64,000 nt of DNA from Nitrospirota bacterium (lineage in GTDB: Bacteria > Nitrospirota > UBA9217), in assembly GCA_963751455.1 (NCBI GenBank), contig CAVVUN010000001.1:384001-448000 (forward strand). The letters run 5' to 3'. The translations under genes were made by a program, and so were the position numbers. Below the pieces are notes generated by a model. That model saw nothing but the letters and a program-made list of their open reading frames with translations, was not told where the DNA came from and searched no databases. Of this stretch, positions 41,146 to 51,396 are shown piece after piece; positions within the stretch are counted from its first letter, which is position 1, and each line of letters starts with the position of its first letter.

Positions 41146-41877
41146 TTACTCGGCACATCGGACTATGTACTTCTGAAAAATACCGTTCTTATTTGATGTC
41201 CCGTTGTTCTTTGTTTCACTTCCATTCGACATTACATTCTGCAGCATCCTGCCGTTATCTAAAATATGTTTTATTTGTTCGCGCTGTTTTTCGTTCAACC
41301 CGCCGCTCAGCTCTTCAAGCAGGATCACCGAACAGCCGATGATAATAGTGAGCGACGATCTGAATTGGCTATGTATCCTGGCAATAAATTCGGTCTTCGT
41401 GCAGCTATCTGCTTCTGCTGTTTGCCGCGCCTGCAGGAGTTCCTTTGTGCGATTATGCACCCGGCTTTCAAGCTGCTCCTCCAACATCTGGACTTTTTCA
41501 TCCAATTCCTGCTTTTCCACGGCCTGCCTTATCTGGATCAATAATTGACCGGGATCATAGGGTTTCAGAAGATACCCGAAGGCCCAACTGTCTGCAGCTT
41601 CAGCAGCCATATCCAACGTTTCTTTTCCGGTCAGGATGATCACTTCGGGGGACAATAGATATCTGCGTCTCCTCAAAATCAAATCGACATCCTGTACATG
41701 TTCTGGTTTCTTGATGTCGATCAAAATAATCTGCGGCCCTTTTTGAGGTAAATTCGCGAGTCCTTCTGTCCCATGGCCGGCTACGAGTGTTTCATAACCC
41801 GCTCTGGTGATCAGGTCCGAAAGGGTGTTTCTCGAATGCTCATCGTCGTCGACAATAAGAACTGTCGGAATGCGCAT
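41146..41877 (-). CDS. Response regulator with degenerate HisKA-like tail
   Basis: VLIVDDD, LIDIKKP, YLLKP receiver; coiled coil LESRVHNRTKEL; KTEFIARIHSQFRSSL; no ATPase domain. Confidence 0.8.
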   Translation of the reverse strand: MRIPTVLIVDDDEHSRNTLSDLITRAGYETLVAGHGTEGLANLPQKGPQIILIDIKKPEHVQDVDLILRRRRYLLSPEVIILTGKETLDMAAEAADSWAFGYLLKPYDPGQLLIQIRQAVEKQELDEKVQMLEEQLESRVHNRTKELLQARQTAEADSCTKTEFIARIHSQFRSSLTIIIGCSVILLEELSGGLNEKQREQIKHILDNGRMLQNVMSNGSETKNNGTSNKNGIFQKYIVRCAE

Positions 41878-42034
41878 GCCTGTTTTTTCCTTCTCGCAGT
41901 TTATCTCTTAAAACAAAGATACTTTAGCATCAGGTTCCTTATTTGTCTATCCGTAGAACTACGTAGGTAAATGGACTACAAGATAAGAGCTGAAAGGACG
42001 CGCAGCTGCCAGGCCAATGACGAGATAAAAAGGG

Positions 42035-42679
42035 CTATCGAACAATACCAAGCCGGGTCGCATCAAGAACAAGATCCGCCCTGTTTCGTGCATGAAGCTT
42101 ATTCATAAGGTTTCCGCGGTGTGTTTCTACGGTTCTGACACTTATTGACAACCGCTCGGAAATATCCATACTCGAAAGCCCGTGTACGGTCATCCTGAAT
42201 ATTTCCCGCTCCCGGGATGTCAGTGAATCATACCGCTGCCGGAGAAGACCATCGGATGCACCGAACCCCGTCGAACGATCAGATCCCTCTTTTTCTTTTG
42301 GTAACCGGCCCGCTTTTTTAAGGATCGTAAACAGGAGATGCATATCAGGAGGTTTGACGGTGAAGTCATATGCTCCGTACTTCATGGCCTCTACGGCAGT
42401 CGGAATATCCCCATAGGCAGTCATAATGACAATAGGCACCGTCCTGTCTATTTTCTTCATTTCCTTCATTGTTTCAATGCCGTTCATCAAAGGCATTTTC
42501 AGATCGAGCAGTACGACGTCGGGCCTTTCTCCGTTAAAGCATTTGATTGCTGCGAATCCGTCTCCTGCCTCCTGAATAATAAATTGCTGATCAGCCGACA
42601 AACCTGCAGTGAGACCTTCTCTGGTCAGTTGGTCATCGTCTACGATTAGCAGCTTGATAGTTTGATCGTGAATACTCAT
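42035..42679 (-). CDS. Response regulator with LuxR-type HTH
   Basis: LLIVDDD, LLDLKMP; LTSREREI...ISVRTVETHR.NLM.KL. Confidence 0.93.
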   Translation of the reverse strand: MSIHDQTIKLLIVDDDQLTREGLTAGLSADQQFIIQEAGDGFAAIKCFNGERPDVVLLDLKMPLMNGIETMKEMKKIDRTVPIVIMTAYGDIPTAVEAMKYGAYDFTVKPPDMHLLFTILKKAGRLPKEKEGSDRSTGFGASDGLLRQRYDSLTSREREIFRMTVHGLSSMDISERLSISVRTVETHRGNLMNKLHARNRADLVLDATRLGIVR

Positions 42680-42740
42680 GGTTAAGAGGCATATTGCACT
42701 GTGCCGAACCCTGAGGACCTACCCAAGGAATGTGATCAGG

Positions 42741-45101
42741 TTAATGCGGCTGGCTGTCCAATATTTGCCTGACCTTTTTTAATAATGTCCCTGGATGAAC
42801 GGGCTTTGCAAGAAATGTAAGTCCGTGATCTGAGAGAGCCTTCGCATCAACGTGGTCTGCCGCATAACCGCTCATGATAATCGTTTTCAAATCCGGGCGG
42901 TATCGTTTAATCTCCTGGTAGACCCTCATCCCGGTCTTCCGGGGCATGACCATATCGAGGATGGCAAGATTGATTTTGTCTTTACTCTCCACAAACTTTT
43001 CCAGAGCTTCCTCTCCGTCAATTGCGGTGATCACGGTATATCCCGCTTCCAGAAGAATGGATTCGGTTCCTTCTCTGACATAGTCTTCATCTTCAGCGAT
43101 TAAAATCGTCTCCGAGCCGCCCCGATAATTATTTTGTTCTTCCAGTGCAGCCGGTGCCGCATCCGCATGCTGCAGTGGTATATATACGATAAAGGTTGTT
43201 CCTTTTGCCGGTTCGGTCTTCACATCGATATAACCGTTGTGCTGCTGAACAATTCCATATACGATTGACAATCCCAGGCCGGTCCCTTTGCCTATTTGCT
43301 TTGTGGTGAAGAACGGTTCAAATATTTTTTTTGTTGTTTCGGGGTCCATTCCGCAACCGGTGTCGGCCACCGATAGCGCCGCATACCCGCCCTGCACGCC
43401 GTAGCCGTGCGCGCTGATAAACTCTGTGTCCATCATGAATCGCTGCGTATCGATGATCAGTTCACCGCCGGCCGGCATGGCATCTCTTGCGTTTACCACG
43501 AAATTCATCAGGATTTGCTCTATCTGTCCGCTGTCCGCGTTTATTACGAGATTATCCTTCGTCAGTCTGATCTTCATGACTATGTCTTCACCGATTACCC
43601 TCGAAAGCATATCTCTGTTCTTTTGCACGAGTTCGTTCAGATCTACCGGTTTCGGGTTGAGTATCTGTTTTCGCGTGAACGTGAGCATGCTGCTGATGAG
43701 ACCGGCAGCCTTTTCGCTTGCCGTCATGATTTTTGTCGCCATTAATTCGAGGGCATCTTGTTTTCGAGAAAGACCGACCTGCAGCCGATAAGCATAGCTT
43801 ACTATGGCGGTTAGAATATTGTTGAAATCATGGGCAATTCCGCCTGTCAACCTTCCGACCGCTTCCATCTTCTGCGCATGCATAAGTTGCTGCTCGAGGC
43901 TTCGTTCAGTCGTCACATCGCGCAGCATGCCGCGGTACGCAACGATTTCACCGGCGCCATTACGCACGGCGGTAGCCGTAACCGCTATATGGAGCAGTTG
44001 TCCGTCTTTTTTTCGCATTTTGACGGGGAACTCCCTGATAAAGCCCTCGCGCTCTACAACCTGCTTATACGTGGCCCTCTCTTCCCGGTTCTCATAGAGG
44101 TCGTCCAGCATGTTGTGCGCCATCACTTCTTCTTTGCTCGAGCAACCGAAGAGCGAGACCCCAGCGGGGTTGATATCAATGATCCTGCCGTCCGGAGCCA
44201 TGATGAAAATCACATTAATCGACTCCTCGAAAAGCTCGCGGTATTTTTTTTCCGATTCGCGCACCGCGTGTTCAGCGCGCTTTCGCCCCTCGACCATTGA
44301 ATTAAAGGCCATGGACAGTCTGCCGATGTCATCCTGGGACTCGACGGGTATCGGCTGAATTTCTCTTCCGCTGCCAAGCTCCTTTACCTTCTCCGTAAGG
44401 TTCTCGAGAGGCTTCGTTATTTTTCTTACGCTGTAATAAACCACAATGACGCTGGAAATTATAAAAACAAGTGCAAGGACGCTATTACGCTTCAATATGT
44501 CCAGAATTTGACGGTTCAGACCTTCTTTTTCGAGAACCACCTTTACGTACCCTATTACCCTGTCCCTGGTCTCTGCTTTCTCGTTCTCGAGATACAGTGT
44601 CTCCTCGCCGTTGGTATATATTTTCAGGATGACGCTCTTTATTAACTCGACAGTCGATGAGGTTTCGCGTAATGATATTTCATGCAGTTTTGGACGGATC
44701 ATTGTCATCGAATCCCCGGTCAGGACCGTTCCCGACAAAGGCTTCCTGCGCTTTTTTTTATCAGCGCTATACAATAATTTCAACTCGGAATTATAAATAG
44801 CGACCTGTATGACGTCAGGCTCGGCAAGAACCCCTTCCGCGGCGTCCTTCAGCACCGTTTTGTTTTCCGCGAACACGCCCACCCGGGCGCTGTATGAAAG
44901 CATATTAAGAAGCGTTTCACCGTCTTTCGCAAGTTCTGCCCGGGTCCTGTTCGACTCATGCACTACGGAGAAAACGGTGTATGCAAGAAACAGGGTGATG
45001 ATGATGGCAATTACCGTGCTGAAAAGCCGGATACCGAGGTTCTTCTTTGGAGAAAAGAGCAGCTTGCTACTCCAATTTTTCGGCGTTTCTAATGATATCA
45101 T
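42741..45101 (-). CDS. Hybrid sensor histidine kinase (2TM-HAMP-PAS-HisKA-HATPase-REC)
   Basis: [43 protein letters not shown]. Confidence 0.95.
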   Translation of the reverse strand: MISLETPKNWSSKLLFSPKKNLGIRLFSTVIAIIITLFLAYTVFSVVHESNRTRAELAKDGETLLNMLSYSARVGVFAENKTVLKDAAEGVLAEPDVIQVAIYNSELKLLYSADKKKRRKPLSGTVLTGDSMTMIRPKLHEISLRETSSTVELIKSVILKIYTNGEETLYLENEKAETRDRVIGYVKVVLEKEGLNRQILDILKRNSVLALVFIISSVIVVYYSVRKITKPLENLTEKVKELGSGREIQPIPVESQDDIGRLSMAFNSMVEGRKRAEHAVRESEKKYRELFEESINVIFIMAPDGRIIDINPAGVSLFGCSSKEEVMAHNMLDDLYENREERATYKQVVEREGFIREFPVKMRKKDGQLLHIAVTATAVRNGAGEIVAYRGMLRDVTTERSLEQQLMHAQKMEAVGRLTGGIAHDFNNILTAIVSYAYRLQVGLSRKQDALELMATKIMTASEKAAGLISSMLTFTRKQILNPKPVDLNELVQKNRDMLSRVIGEDIVMKIRLTKDNLVINADSGQIEQILMNFVVNARDAMPAGGELIIDTQRFMMDTEFISAHGYGVQGGYAALSVADTGCGMDPETTKKIFEPFFTTKQIGKGTGLGLSIVYGIVQQHNGYIDVKTEPAKGTTFIVYIPLQHADAAPAALEEQNNYRGGSETILIAEDEDYVREGTESILLEAGYTVITAIDGEEALEKFVESKDKINLAILDMVMPRKTGMRVYQEIKRYRPDLKTIIMSGYAADHVDAKALSDHGLTFLAKPVHPGTLLKKVRQILDSQPH

Positions 45102-45984
45102 TATTGAATTTTATCCCTATTTTTGAAGCTATTTTCATATTTACTGTAAGGCGGCGGGCTTCCGCATACGTTTCAAAAGGCTGTCTTTCCCCTTTTGACA
45201 GTTGTCGGGCTATTTCCGCGGCCTTTTGTCCCATGGAGAATGGATCTATGCTCAAGGCGGCTGCGGCCCCTAACTCAACGTATTTACGGGAAAAAGAGAA
45301 TATCGGCAGATTATTCTGGAAAGAAAAGAGCATCAGATAATTGATTGTATCGGCATTCAGAACGGTCGTATCAGGCAGCATCCAGAATACGTCTATCTGG
45401 TTTCGCATTTCGTCCAGTAACTCAGGCACCTGTTGAGCATTACGGACAGTCTTGATTACGAGAACGACACCGAGCGGGCGGGCAACAGCGGCGGCTTCTT
45501 CTGCAAAGTGACCTGTCTGCCGAGGGTCGGAGAGCAGGCCGATCCGGCGGACCCCGGGGAAGAGATTGATGATGGTGCCAAGGGATTCGCGCGGTGAAAC
45601 ATCCATGCTTACGCCGTATGTATTCTGCATTGATAATCCGGCAAGTTCGGACGGCATCACCATGGAATAAATCACCGGAATGTCTTTAATGGTCCTGGCT
45701 TTTCTGAATGCCTTCGTTCCTACCGCGAAAACAGCGTCAGGCCGGTTTTTAGCCACCTTCTCGATCACTCCGTTTGCCAGCTCCAGTTCCTTCACGCTGC
45801 AGTTGCAAACACTTTTAAACCCTTCAATTGCATTACTGTATGGTTTGATTTCGGATTCTCTTATGACGACAACTTCGGTAGCGTAAACAGGGAAAGCGGA
45901 CAGGAATGAGTATAAGAATATCAGCCCTGAGAGCAGGAGAAAAAACCAATTTATATGATTGTTTTTTTTCGTTTCGTTCTTCAT
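45067..45984 (-). CDS. Periplasmic ABC-type substrate-binding-like protein with no permease nearby
   Basis: Signal peptide; LFPGVRRIGLL, FWMLPDTTV, YVELGA, MGQKAAEIA, LTVNMKIA..IGI. Confidence 0.85.
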   Translation of the reverse strand: MKNETKKNNHINWFFLLLSGLIFLYSFLSAFPVYATEVVVIRESEIKPYSNAIEGFKSVCNCSVKELELANGVIEKVAKNRPDAVFAVGTKAFRKARTIKDIPVIYSMVMPSELAGLSMQNTYGVSMDVSPRESLGTIINLFPGVRRIGLLSDPRQTGHFAEEAAAVARPLGVVLVIKTVRNAQQVPELLDEMRNQIDVFWMLPDTTVLNADTINYLMLFSFQNNLPIFSFSRKYVELGAAAALSIDPFSMGQKAAEIARQLSKGERQPFETYAEARRLTVNMKIASKIGIKFNNDIIRNAEKLE

Positions 45985-46001
45985 GGAGCACGCTGACTAT
46001 T

Positions 46002-47294
46002 TTAGAGACTGTTATATCGGATATCCTGCAGGATGAACGATTGCAGCGCCTTATCGAAATACTGTTTTCTGCAATCCAGCCCCGAAAGAGAGCCTTCCCG
46101 CAGCAGATTCATATATTTACATCCTCCGAAACAAAGAGGCAGATAGCAGCAATCAAGGCACTCATCGTTCTTCCAGTTGGCGAGAACGTGAGATTCGCGG
46201 TAATCGGTCAGCCCGCTCTTAACATCACCAACACAGAAGTCCATTCTTCCGATCAATCCCGGACACTTATAGAAACTGCCGTCATAATGCACGATAATAC
46301 TGTCCTGGATCTCGATAACGCAGGGAGCAGGAGCGACGCTGGAGGTATGGTATCCTCTCTGCAATATCTCTTGCCGGAGATATACGGCCGCGTCGATGAG
46401 CCAGGGTTCGTCCGTGCAATTGCACCCTTCGCTGAAATCAGGCATGGCAAACTCGCTTCTGTCATTCAGGACCGGGTCGAATTTAACTGTGTGAATCTTT
46501 TCAGAGGTGAGCCCGATATGTGCGAGGTAGTCGAGAAGCTCCGGAAATTCACGAAAATGCTCTTTTGTGTAATTCCCGCCGACGCGTACTTGCAGCGACT
46601 CGCACACTTCCCTTATATTCTGCACGATAACATTAAAGGAGCCCTTGCCCGACTTGAAAGGCCGGTACATATTATGGATGCGTTCCGGACCGTCAAGGGT
46701 AATCTTGGCGCTTTCAAGGCCGAGTGGCTTTAACCGCTCAACGATTTTCGATGTCAGGAAGGTCCCGTTAGTCACAAGGGAAAAGCTGTATTTCAAGCCT
46801 TTGCTTTCAGCGAAATTCCCGATTTTTTTAGAAATATCCGCAATGCGCTCCGTACTCAAGAGCGGTTCTCCGCCATAAAAAGTAATCTTCAGCTCTTGCT
46901 TGTTGGAATAATTCCTGCTCTTCACAAAAGATATGAATTGGTCTGCTGTTTCGTCGGATAGATAAAATTTCCCTTTCCTTGTTCCCTCGAAACAATAAGT
47001 GCATCCCAGGTTGCAATCGAGGTTCAGGACAAGAGTGAATTTGAACGTTCTGTTGAGGGCGTTCAACTTCTGCACGTAGTCGAGCATCTCCCGCTTTTCA
47101 TTTTCGCCATTGTTGACGATAAGGTCAAGCTCCAAGAGTGTCTCCTTCTCTTCCACGGACAAGCTGCCTTTTTTAACGTCTTCAATTAAAGCGGAAGGCA
47201 CAAGAACAGCGGACGTCTTTTTTGTGGAAAAAAGAACGACAGAGTCACGCTCTTCGGCGCAGGGGTACGTTTTGGAATAGCGAGATAATTTCAT
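46002..47294 (-). CDS. Radical SAM/SPASM peptide maturase (geopeptide-maturase-like)
   Basis: CNLGCTYC, FYGGEPLL; SPASM C..DGSFYKC..CLDCCYLPLCFGGC..C; N-terminal extension; adjacent Cys-Cys peptide. Confidence 0.9.
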   Translation of the reverse strand: MKLSRYSKTYPCAEERDSVVLFSTKKTSAVLVPSALIEDVKKGSLSVEEKETLLELDLIVNNGENEKREMLDYVQKLNALNRTFKFTLVLNLDCNLGCTYCFEGTRKGKFYLSDETADQFISFVKSRNYSNKQELKITFYGGEPLLSTERIADISKKIGNFAESKGLKYSFSLVTNGTFLTSKIVERLKPLGLESAKITLDGPERIHNMYRPFKSGKGSFNVIVQNIREVCESLQVRVGGNYTKEHFREFPELLDYLAHIGLTSEKIHTVKFDPVLNDRSEFAMPDFSEGCNCTDEPWLIDAAVYLRQEILQRGYHTSSVAPAPCVIEIQDSIIVHYDGSFYKCPGLIGRMDFCVGDVKSGLTDYRESHVLANWKNDECLDCCYLPLCFGGCKYMNLLREGSLSGLDCRKQYFDKALQSFILQDIRYNSL

Positions 47295-47313
47295 ATTTAT
47301 CGGCAGAAAGAAG

Positions 47314-47338
47314 GAGGGAGAGCAATCCGCTCTCCCTC
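47314..47338 (-). terminator. Stem-loop between the peptide gene and the maturase
   Basis: GAGGGAGAGC-N5-GCTCTCCCTC 10-bp stem followed on the minus strand by CTTCTTTCT. Confidence 0.7.
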
Positions 47339-47353
47339 AAAGGGGGCTAAACG

Positions 47354-47446
47354 CTACCAATAAATTAATCCACCCCAGCAGCAGGGCCATTCAGATGCAA
47401 AGGATTCATCGATGCCCTTTTTCAAGACCACGATGCGCTTCTTCAT
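47354..47446 (-). CDS. 30-aa RiPP precursor-like peptide (not in the ORF track)
   Basis: AAGGAGG RBS; MKKRIVVLKKGIDESFASEWPCCWGGLIYW*; directly upstream of the rSAM/SPASM gene. Confidence 0.85.
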   Translation of the reverse strand: MKKRIVVLKKGIDESFASEWPCCWGGLIYW

Positions 47447-47495
47447 GTCAGTTTACCCTCCTTCGTGAATTTGACTGCTATAAAGCCGAGTATGT

Positions 47496-49313
47496 TTAAA
47501 ATGTATAGCGTATTCCTGCTTCAACCCAGCGTTCCGGATTCTGGTACGCTTCAGCAAAATATTGTGACCCGTTAAAGATATTATGTATATCCACAAAGAT
47601 CGCGAGGACTTGGTCATCATGGGTATAAAAATCATTCATCACATGGAGGTCCGTAATGAACGCATTGTATTTTCCCATGAAGAAAGGATCGGAATTCCAG
47701 TAAATATAGTGGCCCTTAAGCAGAACCTTGAGAGCTTTTTCATCGTCGTATTGAAGCCCCAGATCGTAGGTTCGCTGTGGGACATTGGGCACGGTGCCGC
47801 CGGTATTAAGATCTTTTGTATTGATAAAAGCCGCTCCTGCGGAAAGAGAAGTGTGATATGCAGGCGCGGTTTTCAATTCGATTTCCATCCCTTGTCGCCT
47901 TTGCTTTTCACTGTTTACGGGGAGGGCGCCTGTAATAGCATCCCTTATTTCGTGCCTGAACCCGGAGAACTTCAGCCAGAAGTATTTCGAGGCGGCGGTT
48001 TCGGCCCCCACCTCATAAGAGGAGACCTTCTCCATCTTCAAATCAGGATTTGCGTTAGTAGCCGAGAGAGGCGGAATATTGAAACCCCGGGCAGAATACG
48101 CCCTCAACACAGTTGAGTCAGCCAGTTTGTAAGTTATGCCAAAACTCGGACTGGTAAAGTCTCCATTCGAGTTCGTATGGTCCCTGCGGATTCCGGGTGT
48201 AGCGGATAACCTGCCGAATGACATGGTATCATTGATAAAAAACGCTGATTTTGTTAATTTCTGCTCTCCGCTGGTCAGCGTATTCGACTCCATGGTCCTG
48301 GTATCAGAATCGACGCCTGTTACAACATTATGCAGTGCATTTTTCCAGAAGAGCTTTGCGGTGGATCCGTAACCGGAATCTTCGAAGTTCTGTTGCATAA
48401 GCTGTGAACCGGACGTAAGCTGGAAATAAAAAAAATCGTAGGTCTGGTGTAAGCGCCATAAAGAAAGGTTAATGGAAGTCTGTTCATTTAGTGTCGAATT
48501 CATTGAAACTGCCGTTGACAATCTCTCAAATTTATCATTTCTATACATATTTCGCGACAGATCCTCAAACTCCCCTCTTGAAAGATTGTCATACCCGACA
48601 GTGAAAAGGGCGCTGGTATTCTTTGAAAGATCGTAGCTGAGCTTTGCATAGGTATTTTTGCCCGAGAAATCATTATGAGGCTTGAAACCGTCCGTCTGAA
48701 GCCTGCCTGCATTCACATAGTATCCGAAGCCTCCCTGCCTGCCGGACGTTTCGGCGCGAATGTCGCCGGTGTTCCTCTTGCCGTACGAGAGGGATGTGGT
48801 TGTTTTCGGCGCCTGGTCGCTTGCAGATTTTGTAATAATGTTGATAACGCCTCCAAGGGCCGACCCCCACGCTGAAGATGCAGGTCCCTTGATGATCTCT
48901 ATTTTTTCTACATACTGGACAGGAAAAGATGCTACGTCAGAAACATTATTAGAAAGATTGTTCAATGGGATTCCGTCCATGAACACGGAAACATGCCGGC
49001 TGTTGAACCCCTGGATCGAGGCCTGTGAAACACTCCCCGGGCCTCCTGTCATCAATACCTGAACGCCGGTGATTGAATTCAACACATCGGCCGGAGTATG
49101 AGCATTCATAAGCTCAATGTCCGAAGCCGTGATCACCGTTACGTTCTCCGCCACCTGAGATACCGGTTTTGGACTCCGGGAAGGAGAAACTACGACAAGT
49201 TCTTCTTCTTTGAAATACAGCAGAAGAAAACTTCTTTCCTCATCAGGTTGGGTAAAGGCGGTTGATATTGATAATGCACTAAAAAGTGCAACACCCGTTA
49301 AAATCTTATACAC
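47496..49313 (-). CDS. TonB-dependent receptor
   Basis: Plug ENVTVITASDI...VEKIEIIKGPASSAWGSALGGVINIITK; C-terminal AGIRYTF. Confidence 0.93.
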   Translation of the reverse strand: MYKILTGVALFSALSISTAFTQPDEERSFLLLYFKEEELVVVSPSRSPKPVSQVAENVTVITASDIELMNAHTPADVLNSITGVQVLMTGGPGSVSQASIQGFNSRHVSVFMDGIPLNNLSNNVSDVASFPVQYVEKIEIIKGPASSAWGSALGGVINIITKSASDQAPKTTTSLSYGKRNTGDIRAETSGRQGGFGYYVNAGRLQTDGFKPHNDFSGKNTYAKLSYDLSKNTSALFTVGYDNLSRGEFEDLSRNMYRNDKFERLSTAVSMNSTLNEQTSINLSLWRLHQTYDFFYFQLTSGSQLMQQNFEDSGYGSTAKLFWKNALHNVVTGVDSDTRTMESNTLTSGEQKLTKSAFFINDTMSFGRLSATPGIRRDHTNSNGDFTSPSFGITYKLADSTVLRAYSARGFNIPPLSATNANPDLKMEKVSSYEVGAETAASKYFWLKFSGFRHEIRDAITGALPVNSEKQRRQGMEIELKTAPAYHTSLSAGAAFINTKDLNTGGTVPNVPQRTYDLGLQYDDEKALKVLLKGHYIYWNSDPFFMGKYNAFITDLHVMNDFYTHDDQVLAIFVDIHNIFNGSQYFAEAYQNPERWVEAGIRYTF

Positions 49314-49564
49314 GATATCCGGGTCCTTTCTATATTTATTTTCTTAAAAAAGAGTTATTTCTGATAATAAAGTATTAGACAAAGAGGTATACTTTTAAAC
49401 TATATCATAACCGCTAAAAATTGCAAAAATAAAAAACAATAATTTTAAGCTTTAACCGAAAGTAGAGAGGGGTCGTATATGAAGGTTTTTATTGATTAAA
49501 TTGGCAGCGCTACCTAATTAATCAATAATTACAATAAGATATTGTATTTATTAGGAATAACGGG

Positions 49565-50902
49565 TTATTTCCCGCCAATGGAAAGTTCTTTAATAAGAAG
49601 TGAGGGACTGCCGATCCTGCCTGAGAAGCGGATATCGGAGCCGACAGTATCCACGTTCATCATGAGGTCCAGGATGTTTCCTGCGATTGTGACCTCGCGT
49701 ACCGGATACGCTTTTTTACCATTCTCTATCCAGAAACCGGTTGCGCCGATAGAAAAGTCTCCGGATATCGGGTTTGCCGTATGCATACCCATGACATCGA
49801 TGACATAGAGGCCTTTGCCCGCCCGCTTCATCAGGTTTTCAACCGTCGTGGTTCCGGGCTCTATATACAGGTTCGTTATGCCCACGCCCGGAACGCCCTT
49901 GAATCCGCCCCGCATACCGTTCCCGGTGGACACTGTTTTGTCCTTGTTTGCGGTATACATGTTATGAAGGAACATTGAGAGAACGCCCTGATCGATGACT
50001 TTTTTCTTTTGCACAGGCACTGTCTCGTCATCCGAAGGCGCCGTTCCAAGTCCGCCTTCAAGCAAACCATCATCGTATACAGTTACCGCCGAGGAAACAA
50101 TCTGTTGGCCGAGCTTTCCGATCAGCAGCGATTTTCTTTTTTGAACGTTCTCGGCCGAAAACCCGCTGGCTATCATGGCAAGAAATTCCTGCGCGACGAT
50201 CGAATCAAGTATCACGGGAGCCTTCGTCGAATCGATATGCCTGGCGCCGAGCAGCTCTACTGCGCGCCGGGCAGCCTTGCGGCCGACCTGCTCGATCTCA
50301 AGCTTCCCGTAAAACCGGTTCACATCGAACTCGGATCCCGCTTGAGACTCGCCCTTATCTTCCGCGACGACCTCGATGCTCGATGAACAGGCGGTGCTTT
50401 CGTACTCCACCTCTGCGCCGTTCGTGTTCACGATGATTGTCCGGGCTGCGGAGAAACTTGCCGATGCTTTCCGTATCCGTTTTATCCTGTGGTCGACGGC
50501 AAAAGCCTCGCGTTCCATCGACATGACACGCTCTATTTTTTCCCGCTCGCCCAAGCGAACCAATTCGGGATCATAGACAGATACTGTCCGATACGGCGAC
50601 AGGGATTTTGGTGCGAGCGCCTGCCAGGGATCGAGCTCGGCGTTCTCAGCGTTTGTTATCGCCGAGCGTACAAATGTCGTAACCGCCTTGTCGGTAAAAT
50701 CGGTGGCAAAAGCGAAACCCGCGCGGCCGTTAACGAACACCCTGAGACCGGCGCCGATATCCTGAGCGCGGTCGAACGCGTCTACCTTCTGCTCTTTTAT
50801 TTCGACAGTCGTGGAAGAAAAAGATCGAAGGAAGACGTCGGCTTTATCAACGTTCGAATTTCTGCACAGGTCGAGTATTTTTACTGCCGTCTTTCTGTGC
50901 AT
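49565..50902 (-). CDS. pmbA: TldD/PmbA family protein (PmbA-like)
   Basis: GAGLRV..GR.GFA, PSDDE, STGNG.RG, NLYIEPG, NPISGDFS, TIAGN. Confidence 0.85.
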   Translation of the reverse strand: MHRKTAVKILDLCRNSNVDKADVFLRSFSSTTVEIKEQKVDAFDRAQDIGAGLRVFVNGRAGFAFATDFTDKAVTTFVRSAITNAENAELDPWQALAPKSLSPYRTVSVYDPELVRLGEREKIERVMSMEREAFAVDHRIKRIRKASASFSAARTIIVNTNGAEVEYESTACSSSIEVVAEDKGESQAGSEFDVNRFYGKLEIEQVGRKAARRAVELLGARHIDSTKAPVILDSIVAQEFLAMIASGFSAENVQKRKSLLIGKLGQQIVSSAVTVYDDGLLEGGLGTAPSDDETVPVQKKKVIDQGVLSMFLHNMYTANKDKTVSTGNGMRGGFKGVPGVGITNLYIEPGTTTVENLMKRAGKGLYVIDVMGMHTANPISGDFSIGATGFWIENGKKAYPVREVTIAGNILDLMMNVDTVGSDIRFSGRIGSPSLLIKELSIGGK

Positions 50903-50938
50903 CTGGCCCACTCTCACGTGAAGACGGAAATCAAACAA

Positions 50939-51307
50939 TTAATCGAAATAGCTGGCGGAGGCGGTATCCGATTCCCACACGGTAACACTGCTGACTTCAA
51001 GGTTTTCATCGTTGATTTTCTTTGCCATGGTGTCATAGATCCATTTTGCCAGGTTCTCGGACGAAGGATTGATTTGGGTGAAAGGAAATATATCGTTCAA
51101 AAAGGTATGCTCGAGCTGGTCAAGCACTTCCCTGAGATATTTTTTCAGGTCCTGAAAATCAACCGCAAGCCCCTGCTCGTTCAGCCGTTCGGCCGTCACC
51201 GCCATGGTTACGCGCCAGTTATGGCCGTGGAGCCGTTCACATTTGCCACGATAGCCGCGCAGCTGATGCGCAGCAGCGAATTTGGATTCGATCATGAGTT
51301 CGTACAT
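50939..51307 (-). CDS. queD: 6-carboxytetrahydropterin synthase
   Basis: FAAAHQLRGY.GKCERLHGHNW, NPSSENLA, VWES. Confidence 0.95.
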   Translation of the reverse strand: MYELMIESKFAAAHQLRGYRGKCERLHGHNWRVTMAVTAERLNEQGLAVDFQDLKKYLREVLDQLEHTFLNDIFPFTQINPSSENLAKWIYDTMAKKINDENLEVSSVTVWESDTASASYFD

Positions 51308-51396
51308 GATGGAAAAAATATATGGCATACACCGGTAAAAGTCAATACATAAAAAAATCTTGCAAAAGCCGATAAATTAATATATCATTTTAGGTA

